Shown: positions 1 to 12,220 of the stretch, piece by piece
Numbering within the stretch: the stretch's first letter is position 1
How the letters are laid out: each line of letters begins with the position of its first letter
Assembly (NCBI RefSeq): GCF_036971445.1
Contig: NC_091481.1
Coordinates: 12,462,001-12,526,000 of the forward strand
DNA: 64,000 nt
Source: Narcine bancroftii
Taxonomy: Eukaryota
Direction: 5' to 3'
Notes under the pieces: model-generated
Told to the model about the DNA's origin: nothing
The model's input: only the letters and a program-made list of their open reading frames with translations
The model's database searches: none
Translations under genes and position numbers: made by a program

Positions 1-273
1 TGGTAGTACGGTAGATAGGTAGTATGGTGGATTGGTAGTACGGTAGATAGGTAGTATGGTAGATAGGTAGTACGGTAGATTGGTAGTACGGTAGATTGGT
101 AGTACGGTGGATTGGTAGTACGGTAGATAGGTAGTACGGTAGATAGGTAGTACGGTAGATTGGTAGTACGGTAGATAGGTAGTATGGTGGATAGGTAGTA
201 TGGTGGATAGGTAGTATGGTAGATAGGTAGTACGGTAGATAGGTAGTATGGTGGATAGGTAGTACGGTGGATT
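1..273. repeat. 16-bp minisatellite GGTAGTAYGGTRGATW, 17 full copies visible, truncated by the window edge
   Basis: Read directly: units start at 2, 18, 34 ... 258 with no indels; only unit positions 8, 12 and 16 vary. Confidence 0.97.
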
Positions 274-349
274 GGACAAGTGGGGATGATGATGCTGCTA
301 GATATTCATAAGTTCCTGCAAACATACAATCTAATTTTTTTTCTTTCAG

Positions 350-757
350 TTCAAGCCCTCACCGAATATAGAAATCAGTGGACTTAATATGATTCCAGCA
401 CCGCTCAGAGATACCAGCCAGGAGAACCTGGGAACTGTTCATGGAGCACTGGACTGTTTTATTGAAAGCCTCTCTGTTCTCCAGATCAGTAACACTGTGC
501 AGATCCAAACTGATTTGAGGAACCTCAAAGTTTTGGTCAGATCCTTGGCAACTTCACATGGCTGTTCTGCCTTCAAGTGCCAGAAAGTTCAACAACCGAA
601 GAACTTTCTACGGAAGAACTCTGCATTTGTTCTCACCATTAAACATGTGGTTCTGGACAGGCTCCAAAAATATCTCAATAGGCTGGTTAAGGTATTGAAC
701 AATCCTCTGAGTTGCAGGGTTCCATCCCTGAAAAGGTCTGTTGGGTATGTATTTTGA
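350..757 (+). CDS. lep: Leptin, last coding exon (equivalent to mammalian exon 3); the signal-peptide exon lies upstream of the window
   Basis: Pyrimidine tract and CAG acceptor ending at 349, phase 0. Translation FKPSPNIEISGLNMIP...VQIQTDLRNLKVLVRSLATSHGC...VVLDRLQKYL...NNPLSC aligns by eye to leptin motifs (GLDFIP, QISNDLENLR, VVALSRLQ, two conserved Cys). Convergent RBM28 neighbour matches known LEP synteny. Confidence 0.9.
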   Translation, partial: FKPSPNIEISGLNMIPAPLRDTSQENLGTVHGALDCFIESLSVLQISNTVQIQTDLRNLKVLVRSLATSHGCSAFKCQKVQQPKNFLRKNSAFVLTIKHVVLDRLQKYLNRLVKVLNNPLSCRVPSLKRSVGYVF

Positions 758-2619
758 GCATTTGGAATGAACACCTGCATTGGAAGTGTATCCATTAAAG
801 TGACATTATTCTCCCTTGGCTGCAAATACTTTAACATAAAATCTTTAAGTTGGTTGTAGGAACACTAAAATTGGAATCAATTACCCTGTCCTAGAAAATG
901 AACCAGAATTGCTCGTCCTGATTGCTATTTTGCAGCTTGACTCTAAAACCTATCCACTTGAATATCAGCCAAAGATACCATTGTGTCCCTCCTGGTCATC
1001 CAGATTTTTAGATTAAGTGAACTGGTGGGATAAAAAAAAAACCAGCAAAATTTATTGCCTTAGATTTTAGTGGAGATTTTGGAGGAGAAATTTTTCATGG
1101 GTGAAATAAGGTACAGTGCTGGTATCTAATCTCAGAGATACTTTAAACTCATTGAACACATTCAAAGGTATTTGTTATCATAAATATTCATTGGAAACTA
1201 AGATAGGAATTGCAGAACACAGTGACAAATTCCAAAAAAGGACCAATTTTAAATTTATAGAAATCTTTCCTAAGTATGCAAAGGTTAATACCCTAAATGT
1301 ACAAATAGGTATGCAATGTGAATCACTGTCCAAGTATTTGTCATCAAGGTAGAACCTGAATGGTTTTGTTGGTTCATCTTTTGCCAGTAACTGTCATGGG
1401 AATAACATCCCAAATTATGGCCTGTTGCAATGAAAAATTGGCACCATATTACACAGAAACTGGCACTGGTAGTATTCTTAAAAAGGATGTTTGTTGGAAT
1501 TGAACCAATAAGCATTCACTTTTGGTTAAAGAAACCCAATTGTTGATTTAAAGTTGATAAAAGCTGCTGAGACTATGTCAATTGAAATGCCGAAATTGGT
1601 ATCAACAAATTTTTGATTAACTTTTGATTCAAATGATGAAACTTTGGTTGCTACATTAAGTCATTTGTGATCAGTCAGGAGCAAAATGAATGACAAAATT
1701 TGCTGAGGGACTGAATGATACAGAAGAACATATGAGCAGGTGTATGCCACTTGGACTCTCAAGCCCACCTTTCCATTTAATATGATCATTTTAAATTGAA
1801 ATTTAGACATAGAGCACAATTACAGGCCCTTCCAGCTCACAGGCCTGTACCTACCCCACAAAAGCCACCATAGATTATGGTTGATCTTTGCCCATTTTTA
1901 TAGGCTTCAATATCCTGATATTTTAAAATATTATCTAACTACTAATGTGTCCACCTACTGTTCTCACTGATGAACAGGCTGATTCCTGTTCATCTAGTTG
2001 TTTAAAGCACCACAGAGGCCAAAGGCTTTAAAGGCTTGTTTAGATGTTACTGTCAGAAATTAGACAAAGAAAAATGACTAAATCACATGACCTAATCTAA
2101 CAACTGAACTTTACTTTGGCGACTTGAATTCAGCCAAAATTCCACTCACAATCTTCAATTCACTCCTCATGTTTGTGCTCTGTGACAAAAGCAAAAGAAA
2201 GACTTGCATTAATGTTGTCACATTTTATAACGCCAGGACAATGAAAAATGCCAGTCAATAAAATACATTTGGAATGTAAATTAAATCAATTTCAGATGTT
2301 AGATAGCTGAAACAAAAACCAAACATGCTGGAAAAAAACTCAGGTCAGGCAGCTTACTGATAAAGTGAAGTAATATCCAAGCAATATTCCAAAGTGGGCC
2401 TTTGTTCAATTAGAATGTGCAGCTACAGGAAGTGCATTGATGTCTCTTTAATGTTTGGCACATCAGATTCAGTAATGTTATTTATTTATTTACTACCAAT
2501 AGACTTTACAGAATAGAAAAAAAGTAATGTTCCTACCGTTTTCTGCTGCAGTCAGTATTGAGTATCTTCTAACCTGGTCCTGCACAGGATTAGCTCCCTC
2601 TGTAAATCGCAATAAATTT

Positions 2620-2888
2620 TAAATTTAAATCTTGACATATACAGCACAGCTACAGGCCCTTTTGGCCCACAATCTCATGCTGCCCAATTACACCCAATTG
2701 ACCTACAACGCCTGGTACATTTTGAAGGGTGGAAGGAAACCGGAGACCCAGGGAAAAAGGGAAAAACCAATGCAGATATGGGAAGAACGTACAAGCTCCT
2801 TACAGACCTCACGGGATTTGAACCCTGGTCCTGATCGCTGGCACTGTAACAGAGTTGCACTAACCGCTATCTCAACTGTGCCACCCCT
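2620..2888 (-). mobile_element. tRNA-derived SINE (HE1/V-SINE-like)
   Basis: Minus strand shows a tRNA-like head with B box GGTTCAAATCC and a TTTAAA-type tail. Related copies at about 13680-13885(-), 38355-38600(+), 45790-46025(-), 46900-47105(+), 61078-61310(+). Confidence 0.8.
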
Positions 2889-4739
2889 TTAAGTGTTTAA
2901 TAAACATTTAAAAGGCCCATTTGGTGCAAAGGTTTCAAGCAAGTAAAACTACCCCTATGTTTTCCCCAAACCAGTGCCTTAGCTTTCAGTCAACTAGCTT
3001 ACAGATAATAATTAGGGACAGAGCAACACATTTCTGGTGATGTGTTCTGCCTTTCATCTCCTCACCAGATCCACCTTCAGATTATTTTGTATTTGGCACT
3101 TTTCAGTGCAAATCTTTCCTCGTCACTTGTTGTCATTCTGATGTTTATAATTATTTTGAAGACAGGGCTTTTATATCATCAGGGATTCCCACATGCCTTG
3201 AACAATAACTGCACTATATTTACTCAATATGTACTGTGGTCCGGAGAGGAGTCGAACTGAAAAAAAAATTGAGGGAACTGTATTGCCTTTCTCTTGAATA
3301 ACTTATTTGTAATAATGTAGATTTAATGATTAATACCTGTATTTTTAATTTATTAAAATTAAAGATTTAATATTTAAATATTACAACCTTTTGGATATTT
3401 CATTAATGTGTACAACATTCAAATCACACTGACAGTTCTCAATCTGCCCATGTGCAATCATATTCATGTTCAATAGGTCTGATGTTGAGCCCAGAAATGA
3501 TCAGCCAGTTTGTGCACTGATTACAACTTTGCATAATTCTAGAATTTTAGACCAGTCCAAAAAGAACCATTCAGTCCATTCTTCTAGCACCACCTTTCAA
3601 AGGAGTTATCCTGTTCATTTCTCACATTAGCTCATTAGCTAATAGCTTTCCTAATCCAGACCAGAGCAGATATATGGAAATAATTGGATTACTTTTGAAA
3701 AGTAAATGAACTTTCAATCTGTGCAAAAATCTGTTGGATGTAAAAATAATTCTCTGTATCTCCCATTACACGTCCACACCACCATCAAGGGCACATTTCA
3801 ATGTACTCCATTTTATTTTTCTATCAGATTCATCAACTCACAAACCCTCAAGGGTAATTGGCAATGGACATTGAAATTGTTAACTGACTTAGGGATTTAA
3901 AACAAAGCATCAAAGTGCACAAGGGATGTAAGACAATATCGCTAACAAATGGAAATTTTACAAAAAAATAATGAAAGTTGATCGTTTTGGCAACCTTCAA
4001 TCTCTAAAAGTGATATGGCGTCACCTTGACACCATCATGAAATTAAAGATTGAAATCATTCAGTTTCTTATTAGTCCTGTATATCTTATTGTACTAATGA
4101 CATAAAACAGGTTTTGGGGGAAAAAAGGCAGTTATTTGTTGCCTGAGTCTGACAATTAACAGAATGTACTAATTGACCTTTAGCATTTATAAATAGCCTG
4201 AATTTAGATTTCTGACCCAGTTCACTCACTGGTCCATTTCTGAACTTCACCTTGGTGAGTGAATAATTTACAATGCAATAGGCAAAGAAATAGTGAGCAG
4301 TGGGTAAATATGGGATTAATGGGAATACTCTGCTAACATAACATCGGCAGACTGGGTTATATGGCTTCATTTTGAACCGTGAACTATCATCCAAAAGGTT
4401 GCCAAGATTCCCCTTAAGGGAGATCCAAATTTAATCTGTCTGTTTAATATAATATTCTAATTTATCAGTGTAATAACTTGGCTTTGTGAACTTCAATCAG
4501 GCTAATACTTAAAGGAAAAACTAAAACAAAAAAAATGTTAATTGGGTATTGAATTAGTCACCAGCTCGTTGCAAATTACTGCAATTGTCTGACCTGATCA
4601 CTAATCAGAGCAGGTGGGAGCAGGAAAACCCCATTACAACTTGCTGAAAACTACCAGTAGTTATTATTCATTACCAAGGATCATGTAGCCTAGTAACTGT
4701 ACTATTTATTCACAATCATGCGGATCCACAGGTGTTATG

Positions 4740-5365
4740 TGTAATGATGAAGGCGTTTGGCATGCTTGCCTTCAATGGACAGGGCACTGAGTACAGGAAC
4801 TGTTATGAAATACAAGATGTGGCTGAGGTCACACTGAAGTACTGTATGCAGTTCTGGACACCCTGCTATAGGAAAGATTATTAAGCTGGAAAGGGTGTAG
4901 AAAAGATCCATGAGAATGTAACTAGCTCATGTATGCTTGAATTATAAGATGAAACTGGATAGGCTTGGACCTATATTTAAAATGTAAATTTTAAATTTAT
5001 ATATACAGTATAGATATATATGATACAATATAGCTATAGATGGAAGGGAGCCTGGGAGAGGGTAAAATCTAATTTTCAAGGGCATAGATTTAAGGTGAGA
5101 GAGGAAAGATTTCAAGGGAACCTGAAAGATGTCTTTTCCACACTGAGGACCAAAAGAACGTGGAATAAGCTACCAGTCGGAGTCGTAGAAGTAGATACAA
5201 ATGTAATATTTAAAAGGCATTTGAATAGGTACATGGATTGGAAATGTTTACAGGGATATAGATTCAATGCAGGCAAATGGGACCAGACTGGGAAGACAAC
5301 CTGATGAGCATGTGGACAAGTTGGGCTGAAAGGCCAAATTCTGAACTGAAAACCCTATGGCTCTC
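4740..5365 (+). mobile_element. Degenerate CR1 LINE 3' fragment
   Basis: Remnants of LEYCVQFW.P and GHRFKVR...WNKLP..VVE..FKRHL, the CR1 ORF2 C-terminus. Confidence 0.85.
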
Positions 5366-6463
5366 TGAACATAAGCTATCCTACAGACAACTGATGAGGA
5401 CAAAGCTCGACATTAATTGCAAATGGAGGCTCTGAATATTCCCGTCCTTGATGTTGGTGAATCCCATATCTTTAAACGTTAAAGACAAGGCTAAAGTCTT
5501 GCATCCATTTTCATGTGCAAGAGCCAAGTTAATGATCCCTTCAACTTCCCTCTGAGATGGTCACTATGCAAATGCCAATTCTCAGTCAATCCAATTCACT
5601 CCAGGGGTTATCAATTCTCACCGGAGTGGATGGGTGAGCCTGTGATACATCATGCCATCATGTCTAAAGGATGTGTACTCAGCTAATCCTTAGCTTCAAA
5701 TAAAGTTCATTTTTTGTTCAAGGGAAGCTCAAACTCAATGTGCTAATTTTATATAAGAGCTCAACTCAAAATGCAGATGCACATGATAACAAACATATGA
5801 TGTAATGCATCATAAATTAAATCACATATTCACATATCATTTCTTTCCTTTATGAAATACATAACTGATTCATAAATTTAACTGTCACAAGTTTTCACAC
5901 TCTGTTTCTTTAGTGGAAATGATCACACTTGTGCTGTACAAATATTGCTTGACTCAAATATATTATGAATTGGTTCTTATTGATCAATAGTGGGAGTTAC
6001 TTCAAAAACATCTTCCATCTAATATTAATATTAATGCTAATATTAAGTGATCTATATGAATTACTCTGAATATCTTACAAAATCCTATGGGGTAATATTT
6101 GGAAATGTAAACCTCTATTATTTCCATAATACAGTAAAACTTCATTAGAACACGGCAGTTGGGGTCCAAGATTTCATACCACGTTACAGCCAAGTTGTGG
6201 AACAGATGCATATATGTCAGAGTGCCCACGGATAATCAAACCCAAATATTACCAGTTTTCGAAGGATCCACTATCTATAACTAACAATTTCAATGAAAGA
6301 AAGCAAGCACATTCTTTTATTATTGGGATTCTGAATTTTAATCAACTTATTTGCAAAGTTTGGGGACCACAGTCACCCGCGCTATAAGGGATTCTGAGGA
6401 TTAATGAATTGCGTTCTAATGAGGTTTCACTGTATTTAACATCACTGAACTGCTAGAAGATAC

Positions 6464-7946
6464 TGTATATGATGCAGCCTGATCCTTCTCCTCCCGTGGT
6501 TTGGGGCATGATGCTATTTGTTTTCGCCATCTTTCTTTGCTCATTGATTGACAAGACTCAAGTGTACCTTGAGGTTTTTGTGCATCAACACTTCTACAGG
6601 TGTGTGGAGTGTGGAATTGTTCTCAAGGTTAGAAGAATGGCTGCAACTCGATGTTTGATTGATCCATCATGCCCTGTTTACTAAATGCCTCCTTTAGTAT
6701 GCAAACTGATCATTTCACTCCTTTTTTGGGTATGGCATCTAACTGAATACGCACATCGAATGTAACTTATTACATGATGTCATGTGGACATGTGTATTTC
6801 CATAACACTCTTCCCCCACAAAATAAAATTGTGCTTTCTTGTAAATAACTATACAATTTAACTTAAATATGCTAACACTTGTGGACACTGCAGTGAAACT
6901 TAAGCATCATTTCAATTAATTATTTTAACTAGAAGTACCAAACAATCTAACTTGTGACCCTCTTTCTCTCTTTTATTTCTGTCGTGGATACTTTGACTTG
7001 TCGCGTCCCACATTGTCACACAAATAACACTTAGCCTTTTTGTAATAACAGTTATCAGGCCTGTGGTTATTTCTCCCACAATGGAAACATTGTCATCAGA
7101 CCATTCTCTTCACTGTATGGCCACCATCGATGTGACGATTGGCCAATCTGAAATAGGCGGACTTAATGTCTACAATTTTGGTGATCAACAATCATCGTTG
7201 GGCCTAGCAGTCAGCCAAACTGATTTCTAACATGTCTCTCAAGGCCTCGTCCGAAATGTTTCCAAATCTACATGTCTCCGACAACTTACGCAATTCGGCC
7301 AAATATTGGCTCACTGCTTCGCCAGCCTTTTGCTCTCTGCTATAGGCTTTGGGGGCAGATGGTCTCCGACAAGGTCACTTTAACTCTTTATAAGACTTAG
7401 TATGTAGTTTTACTGGTGTCAATAGAGTCTTGATCAGACCATCTGTTCTGCTCCCCACCTCACTCAAAAACATCTGTTTTTTATTGCAAATCTCAGTATT
7501 TCTCACATTATAGGCAAAGCAGTATGTATCAACCCGATCTACATTATCATACCAGTCTTCAGTCTCTCTATATTCCTCAAAGTGTCCTTCGAAGTGCCAT
7601 TTTCACTATCAAAGTAAATCCGCTATCCAAGTGCTAATTATTCTCAGTCTTTCATTGAGTTCATCAAAAATTTTTTCACTGTTGATGAACAAGTGCTTTT
7701 GTCCCGTTGCTGCCACAAAAATTCTCACCTCTGATGTCCCCTTTACTTGAAATCCCTAGATTCTGTCATCAGGAGTGTAGAATTGTTTTGTTTTGATCTT
7801 CGTCGCCAATTCTGTCATGTATTTACCCTGAAAAATAGTTTCACACATAGTGATTACTCTGTATTCTGTTTATGGTGTCTATCTAACATGAATATTGAAT
7901 ACAACTTATTACATGATATCACGCAAATGTGCATGTGCCCATAACA
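6464..7946 (-). mobile_element. Decayed, internally deleted Gypsy-type LTR element
   Basis: Homologous LTR ends (ACTTATTACATGAT...CCATAACA ending at 6807 and 7946), PBS TGGCGACG at 7801-7808(-), polypurine tract just outside 6807, gag-like remnants between. Confidence 0.6.
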
Positions 7947-9905
7947 CACACACACACAGTAAAACCCCTGGATTCCAGCACCTGTGGAGATTGGTAGATG
8001 CCAGATAAGTGAATTTGCCAGTTGCTTGAGATTGCATGTTTTGTGATTGGCAAGCAAACTACTAGTAGGCGTCAATTTTCAACTTTTGTATTTTTTTACC
8101 TATATATTTTCTGCAATTTTTTTTTACTGGTCACTCAGGGCTGCCAGTTGCTTGAATTCTGGATAAGAATATATATCATAATACATTCTTTGCATTTCTC
8201 ACCTCCTCCATTCTGTGGTTTTCTACTCCAATTTCTTCCCATCCATTGTTCTGCTTGCTGCATTTGTTTAGTGCAGCATGCAAAGAAGTGGCAGCTTTAC
8301 TTTCCAATAGTTAAACCACCTTGGGGCTCAAAACTGACACACTTGTGCTGAATGATTCCCAAGGCAAATATGATTAGATGGGGTCCTGGAAGACTTGAGT
8401 TTTTGTTGCCATTCACATTAATTTGACCCAGATTCCATCAGAACTCCCACAATTTCTCCTGCCAATGGTCCATATAGCGTAACTGTACTGATATCCTCTA
8501 CTGGCTGAGATACCTTTGCATTTTTGAAGCTCATTTCCATCAATGTTGCCATCTTGCAGGCCTGTTCAACCACCAGCATCTTGTACTGGATAAAGTTAGC
8601 TGATGCACAAACTTATTTTATAATGCACAATCCAAGAAGATGAAGAATTTGTAATGATACTACAGGTTTTTCAGAAGTCACTAATTACCTCTGATGGTGG
8701 GTTTCAATCATGTATTTCCACAAGTTCCAGTTGTACTTGGTTTAAATGGTTTTGTAGCATTTCTTTTGCCTTATAAAATGGACTGTCATTTATAAATGAT
8801 CAATAATGTGTAAGTATTGGCTCCATTTCAGCAACCTGCTTTCATTCATGGCCTCTTCAGAACACCTTTGCTCTCATCCTTACATTTTATTCACACCAAA
8901 AATCTCCATCTATTTGATGAAGAGCCCAGTATGCTGTTGGACCTTTCAAGACTTCCAACATAACCAACTGGGGGTAGAAGGTTCTCTTATTGAAGTATTC
9001 CTTTTTTCACAGATCCTGTCTGATCTGCTGAGAATTCACAGAAACTGCCATTTTGTATGGATTCCACTTGGGCAGTTCCAAGGGAGGCTTAGTATTTGTA
9101 GGTGTAGACTTTTCGCTTTCGTGCTCATGCCGACACTTCAGACTTGTCATTATTGATCAGGAGGTACTCAGACTCACCTGACCATGCAGTCACTCAGCAC
9201 TTGGTTCATCAACATTCTTATCTTGAGTGTAAAGAATAGGCGTTCACAACAGTTTTTAATATCCAGCAAAACTTGAGAGTGTGCAGCATAAACTGCTTAA
9301 TAAATGAGTATCTAATTTATTCAAAAGCTCTACACATACTGTACGTATATGGCAAAACACTCCTGACAAGTGTCAGAAATGACTGAACCCTCTCACATAA
9401 ACTGCAAAAATGTCTAACCCACATTAGCTCAACAGCGCCCTTTGCTGGTAAGAAATAACATTGAATATCCCATTATCTCCACCTAATTCTTCCCAATTTA
9501 ACCATCTGGCAGTCAATAGTTCATCATATTCTCTGAATAGTCTATTGTCCATGAAAGGAATAATGATTAAAAAGGATAGGATGTACATGGGCTGCACAAG
9601 GATGAAGATGAATGGTGGCATGCACAGCAGGAGAGAATGCATGCGATCTATAGAAGGGATTGAATATTCCTGTGGATTTTTTTTTCTGGGATGAATAGTA
9701 GATATAAGGCCTGTATGGTCATTCCATCTTATCCTGGACTCTGCCAACTATTTTAACAACCGTATGGCAGGAGTCAAAACATTGGATTTGTGATGGTTCA
9801 CATTTATTAAGTGAATTGCAGGCGAGTGCGATGGGGGAGATAATTGATCATCTCTTCAAGATTCAGGAAAGTATCTGCTAGAATTAAACATAAGCTAAAC
9901 AGGTA

Positions 9906-10572
9906 CAGTAAAACCCCAGTTATCTGGCACCTATGGGCATTGGTAGATGCTGTATAGGTGCCTTTTCCAGTTGCTTGAGACTTACACTTAAAATACTTAG
10001 CTAATACACCTGCATTAAGAATAAACAGTTTAAAAGACAAAAATACTGTACTGTACTTACACTGAACAAATTTCACTTGCATGAATATATAAACCTTAAA
10101 GCATTTTATTTTATTTTCAGTCACATTCTTTGAAAACATTTAACTGTCACTGGATATGCAGGTTCATGCCTCTCCACGGAGCCACCCAAAAGATGAACAA
10201 CAACATCATAATTAACTCCTCCATCCCTCAAGTTTACAGTTAAAGCCTTACTGAATACAGTAATATACGAAAATGATAAAGATAAATGCACTTTTAAGAG
10301 AGCCACCCCAATGGCGAGCGGCATCAACCAGCTCTTCATGCTGAATGACACCCTTTTATTCAAACACAACTTTATTCAAAGCATGACCAAGGCCCTCCAC
10401 TGGCTGAATATTTGCTACCATTTTCACCAAAGGTTTATGTGCAACTTCAGAGAACATTTACTTTACAATTTTAAACATATTTAATTTTAAATTTTATTTA
10501 TTTCCCTCTTTTTTTTTACAATTTGTTTGAGTTTGCCAGTCACTTGAATTCTGGATACCAGGAGTTTTACTG
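9906..10572. mobile_element. Tigger/pogo-type non-autonomous DNA transposon (MITE)
   Basis: TA-CAGTAAAACCCC...GGAGTTTTACTG-TA terminal inverted repeats. Related copies at about 7957-8170, 15376-15730, 37508-37810 and 49042-49230. Confidence 0.8.
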
Positions 10573-10849
10573 TATCATCACCAATGTTCCTTCTCCAAAC
10601 AGTCACCCAATAGTGGTTTTTGTCAGATATCACTAAACTGATTCAAAATGATGGCAGACAGCATCATTCTCCTGTTCATGTTTAATGTCCTTAATTACAC
10701 TGGGTGTGCTTGTTGAGGCAACATAAACGGAGCATTGAACTAAATTGATATTGGCTCTGGAGGTGCTTTTGGAGTCAATGTGGGGAGAGTAGTGGGATCT
10801 GCATCAAACCATGCTGACTATCAAATCAAGAAGCTAAGGAAGAAAGTAT

Positions 10850-11395
10850 CTCCTTCCCCATTGATTTATAGAAGCATAACAGCAGGGACAGGTGTTTGGC
10901 TCTTTGAGTTTTCTCCATCATTTAACATGATCATGCCTGAAGACTTATTTCAATACCATATTCTTATTCTCTCCCTATTTGCAATGATGCATTTTGGATC
11001 TATAAATCTATCGATCTCCTTCTTAAACAAATGCAACTCCTTGTTCGCCACAAAGAGATTTGGTGGAAAAAAATTTACAGGTTAATCGTCCTCTGAGTAA
11101 AGACATTTCTCGTTATTGCAATCCCAGATGTATTTCCTCATCTCCTGAAGCTGTGACCCATAGTTTTAGAAAGCCTAGACAGAGGTAACATTCTCCTGGA
11201 TCCGGTCCTGTCAGAATTATGCATCTTTCAGTCAGATGCTTCTAAACCATGGTGAATACAGGCCAAGTGGATCCTGCTTCTTATCTGAGGACAGTCCAGC
11301 TATCCCAGGAATTAGTCTGGCACATCTCCATCACTCTCCCTCAATGCAAATAAACATTTTCTCAGATAAGAACCAAAATAGCAGAAAATCTGCCA
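10850..11395 (-). mobile_element. Degenerate CR1 LINE 3' end
   Basis: Reverse complement resembles the CR1 C-terminus and 3' UTR seen in a better-preserved copy at 57958-58540. Confidence 0.65.
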
Positions 11396-11399
11396 TGAG

Positions 11400-11880
11400 C
11401 ACAAACTTCCGGATTCAACAATAACTTCATGTTATAAAAAAAAGGTAGTGGACACAGCCCAGGACATCACAGGTAAAACCCTCTCCACCATCAAGAACAA
11501 CTACAGGGAACACTGCCGTCAAAGAGCAGCAGCAATCATCAAAGATCCACGTCATCCAGCACACATTCAGTTCTTGCTGCTACCATCAGGAAAGAGTTAG
11601 AGGCGCTACAAGACTTGCACCACCAGGTTCAAGAACAGCTGCCACCCCTTCACCATCACTCCTCAATGACAAACTCATTTAAGGACTTTTACAGTTGCAC
11701 TTTATTGATTTTTTTCCTCTCTGTATTGCGCAGTTTGTTTATATTTCTTTATTTGTTTACATGTGTACGTTGAGTCAGTTTTTTTTCACTATCAACAACT
11801 GGTAATTCTGCCTTGTCCACAGAAAAAAGAATTTCAGGGTTGGATGTGATATTATTTGGACTCTGACAATAAATCTGAAA
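11400..11880 (+). mobile_element. Rex1/Babar-like LINE 3' fragment
   Basis: KVVDTAQDITG...AAAIIKDP.HP.H...LLPSG.R remnant. Homologous pieces at about 23700-24870, 49640-50260, 55510-56300 and 63030-63410. Confidence 0.7.
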
Positions 11881-12017
11881 TCACTACTTCCATTTAAAGA
11901 TTTTCAACAAGCCATTTACTTTTACAACAGAGTAGCCATCAGTATGATGCATTTTGCTCCAGAGAATACATTTGTTTTACAGGGTTTTAACTGATCCTCC
12001 ATAAAATGGATAGTGGA

Positions 12018-12220
12018 AAAACACAAAAGTCTGCAGACACTATAGTTGAAGTAAAAACACAAAGCTGGAGAAACTCAACAGGTTAAACAGTGGACTTTAT
12101 AGAGCAAAGATACATAGCCAATGTTTTGGCTTGAGCCCTTCATCAATGTATGAAAATGCTACACTTTTTCATACTTTGATAAAGGGCCAAGCCTGAACCA
12201 TTGTTTATGGATCTATCTTT
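12018..12220. mobile_element. Fold-back Penelope-like element terminal fragment
   Basis: AAAAACACAAA(G)CTGGAGAAACTCA end motif, plus two inverted TTGATRAAGGG..AAGCC motifs around about 12160. Confidence 0.65.

Noticed and set aside
1-273. CRISPR-like or telomeric array
   Set aside because: Head-to-tail 16-mers without spacers, not TTAGGG, in a eukaryotic intron.
389-757. Stand-alone 122-aa ORF starting at ATG 389
   Set aside because: The frame is open back to the splice acceptor at 349; the Met is internal to the leptin exon.
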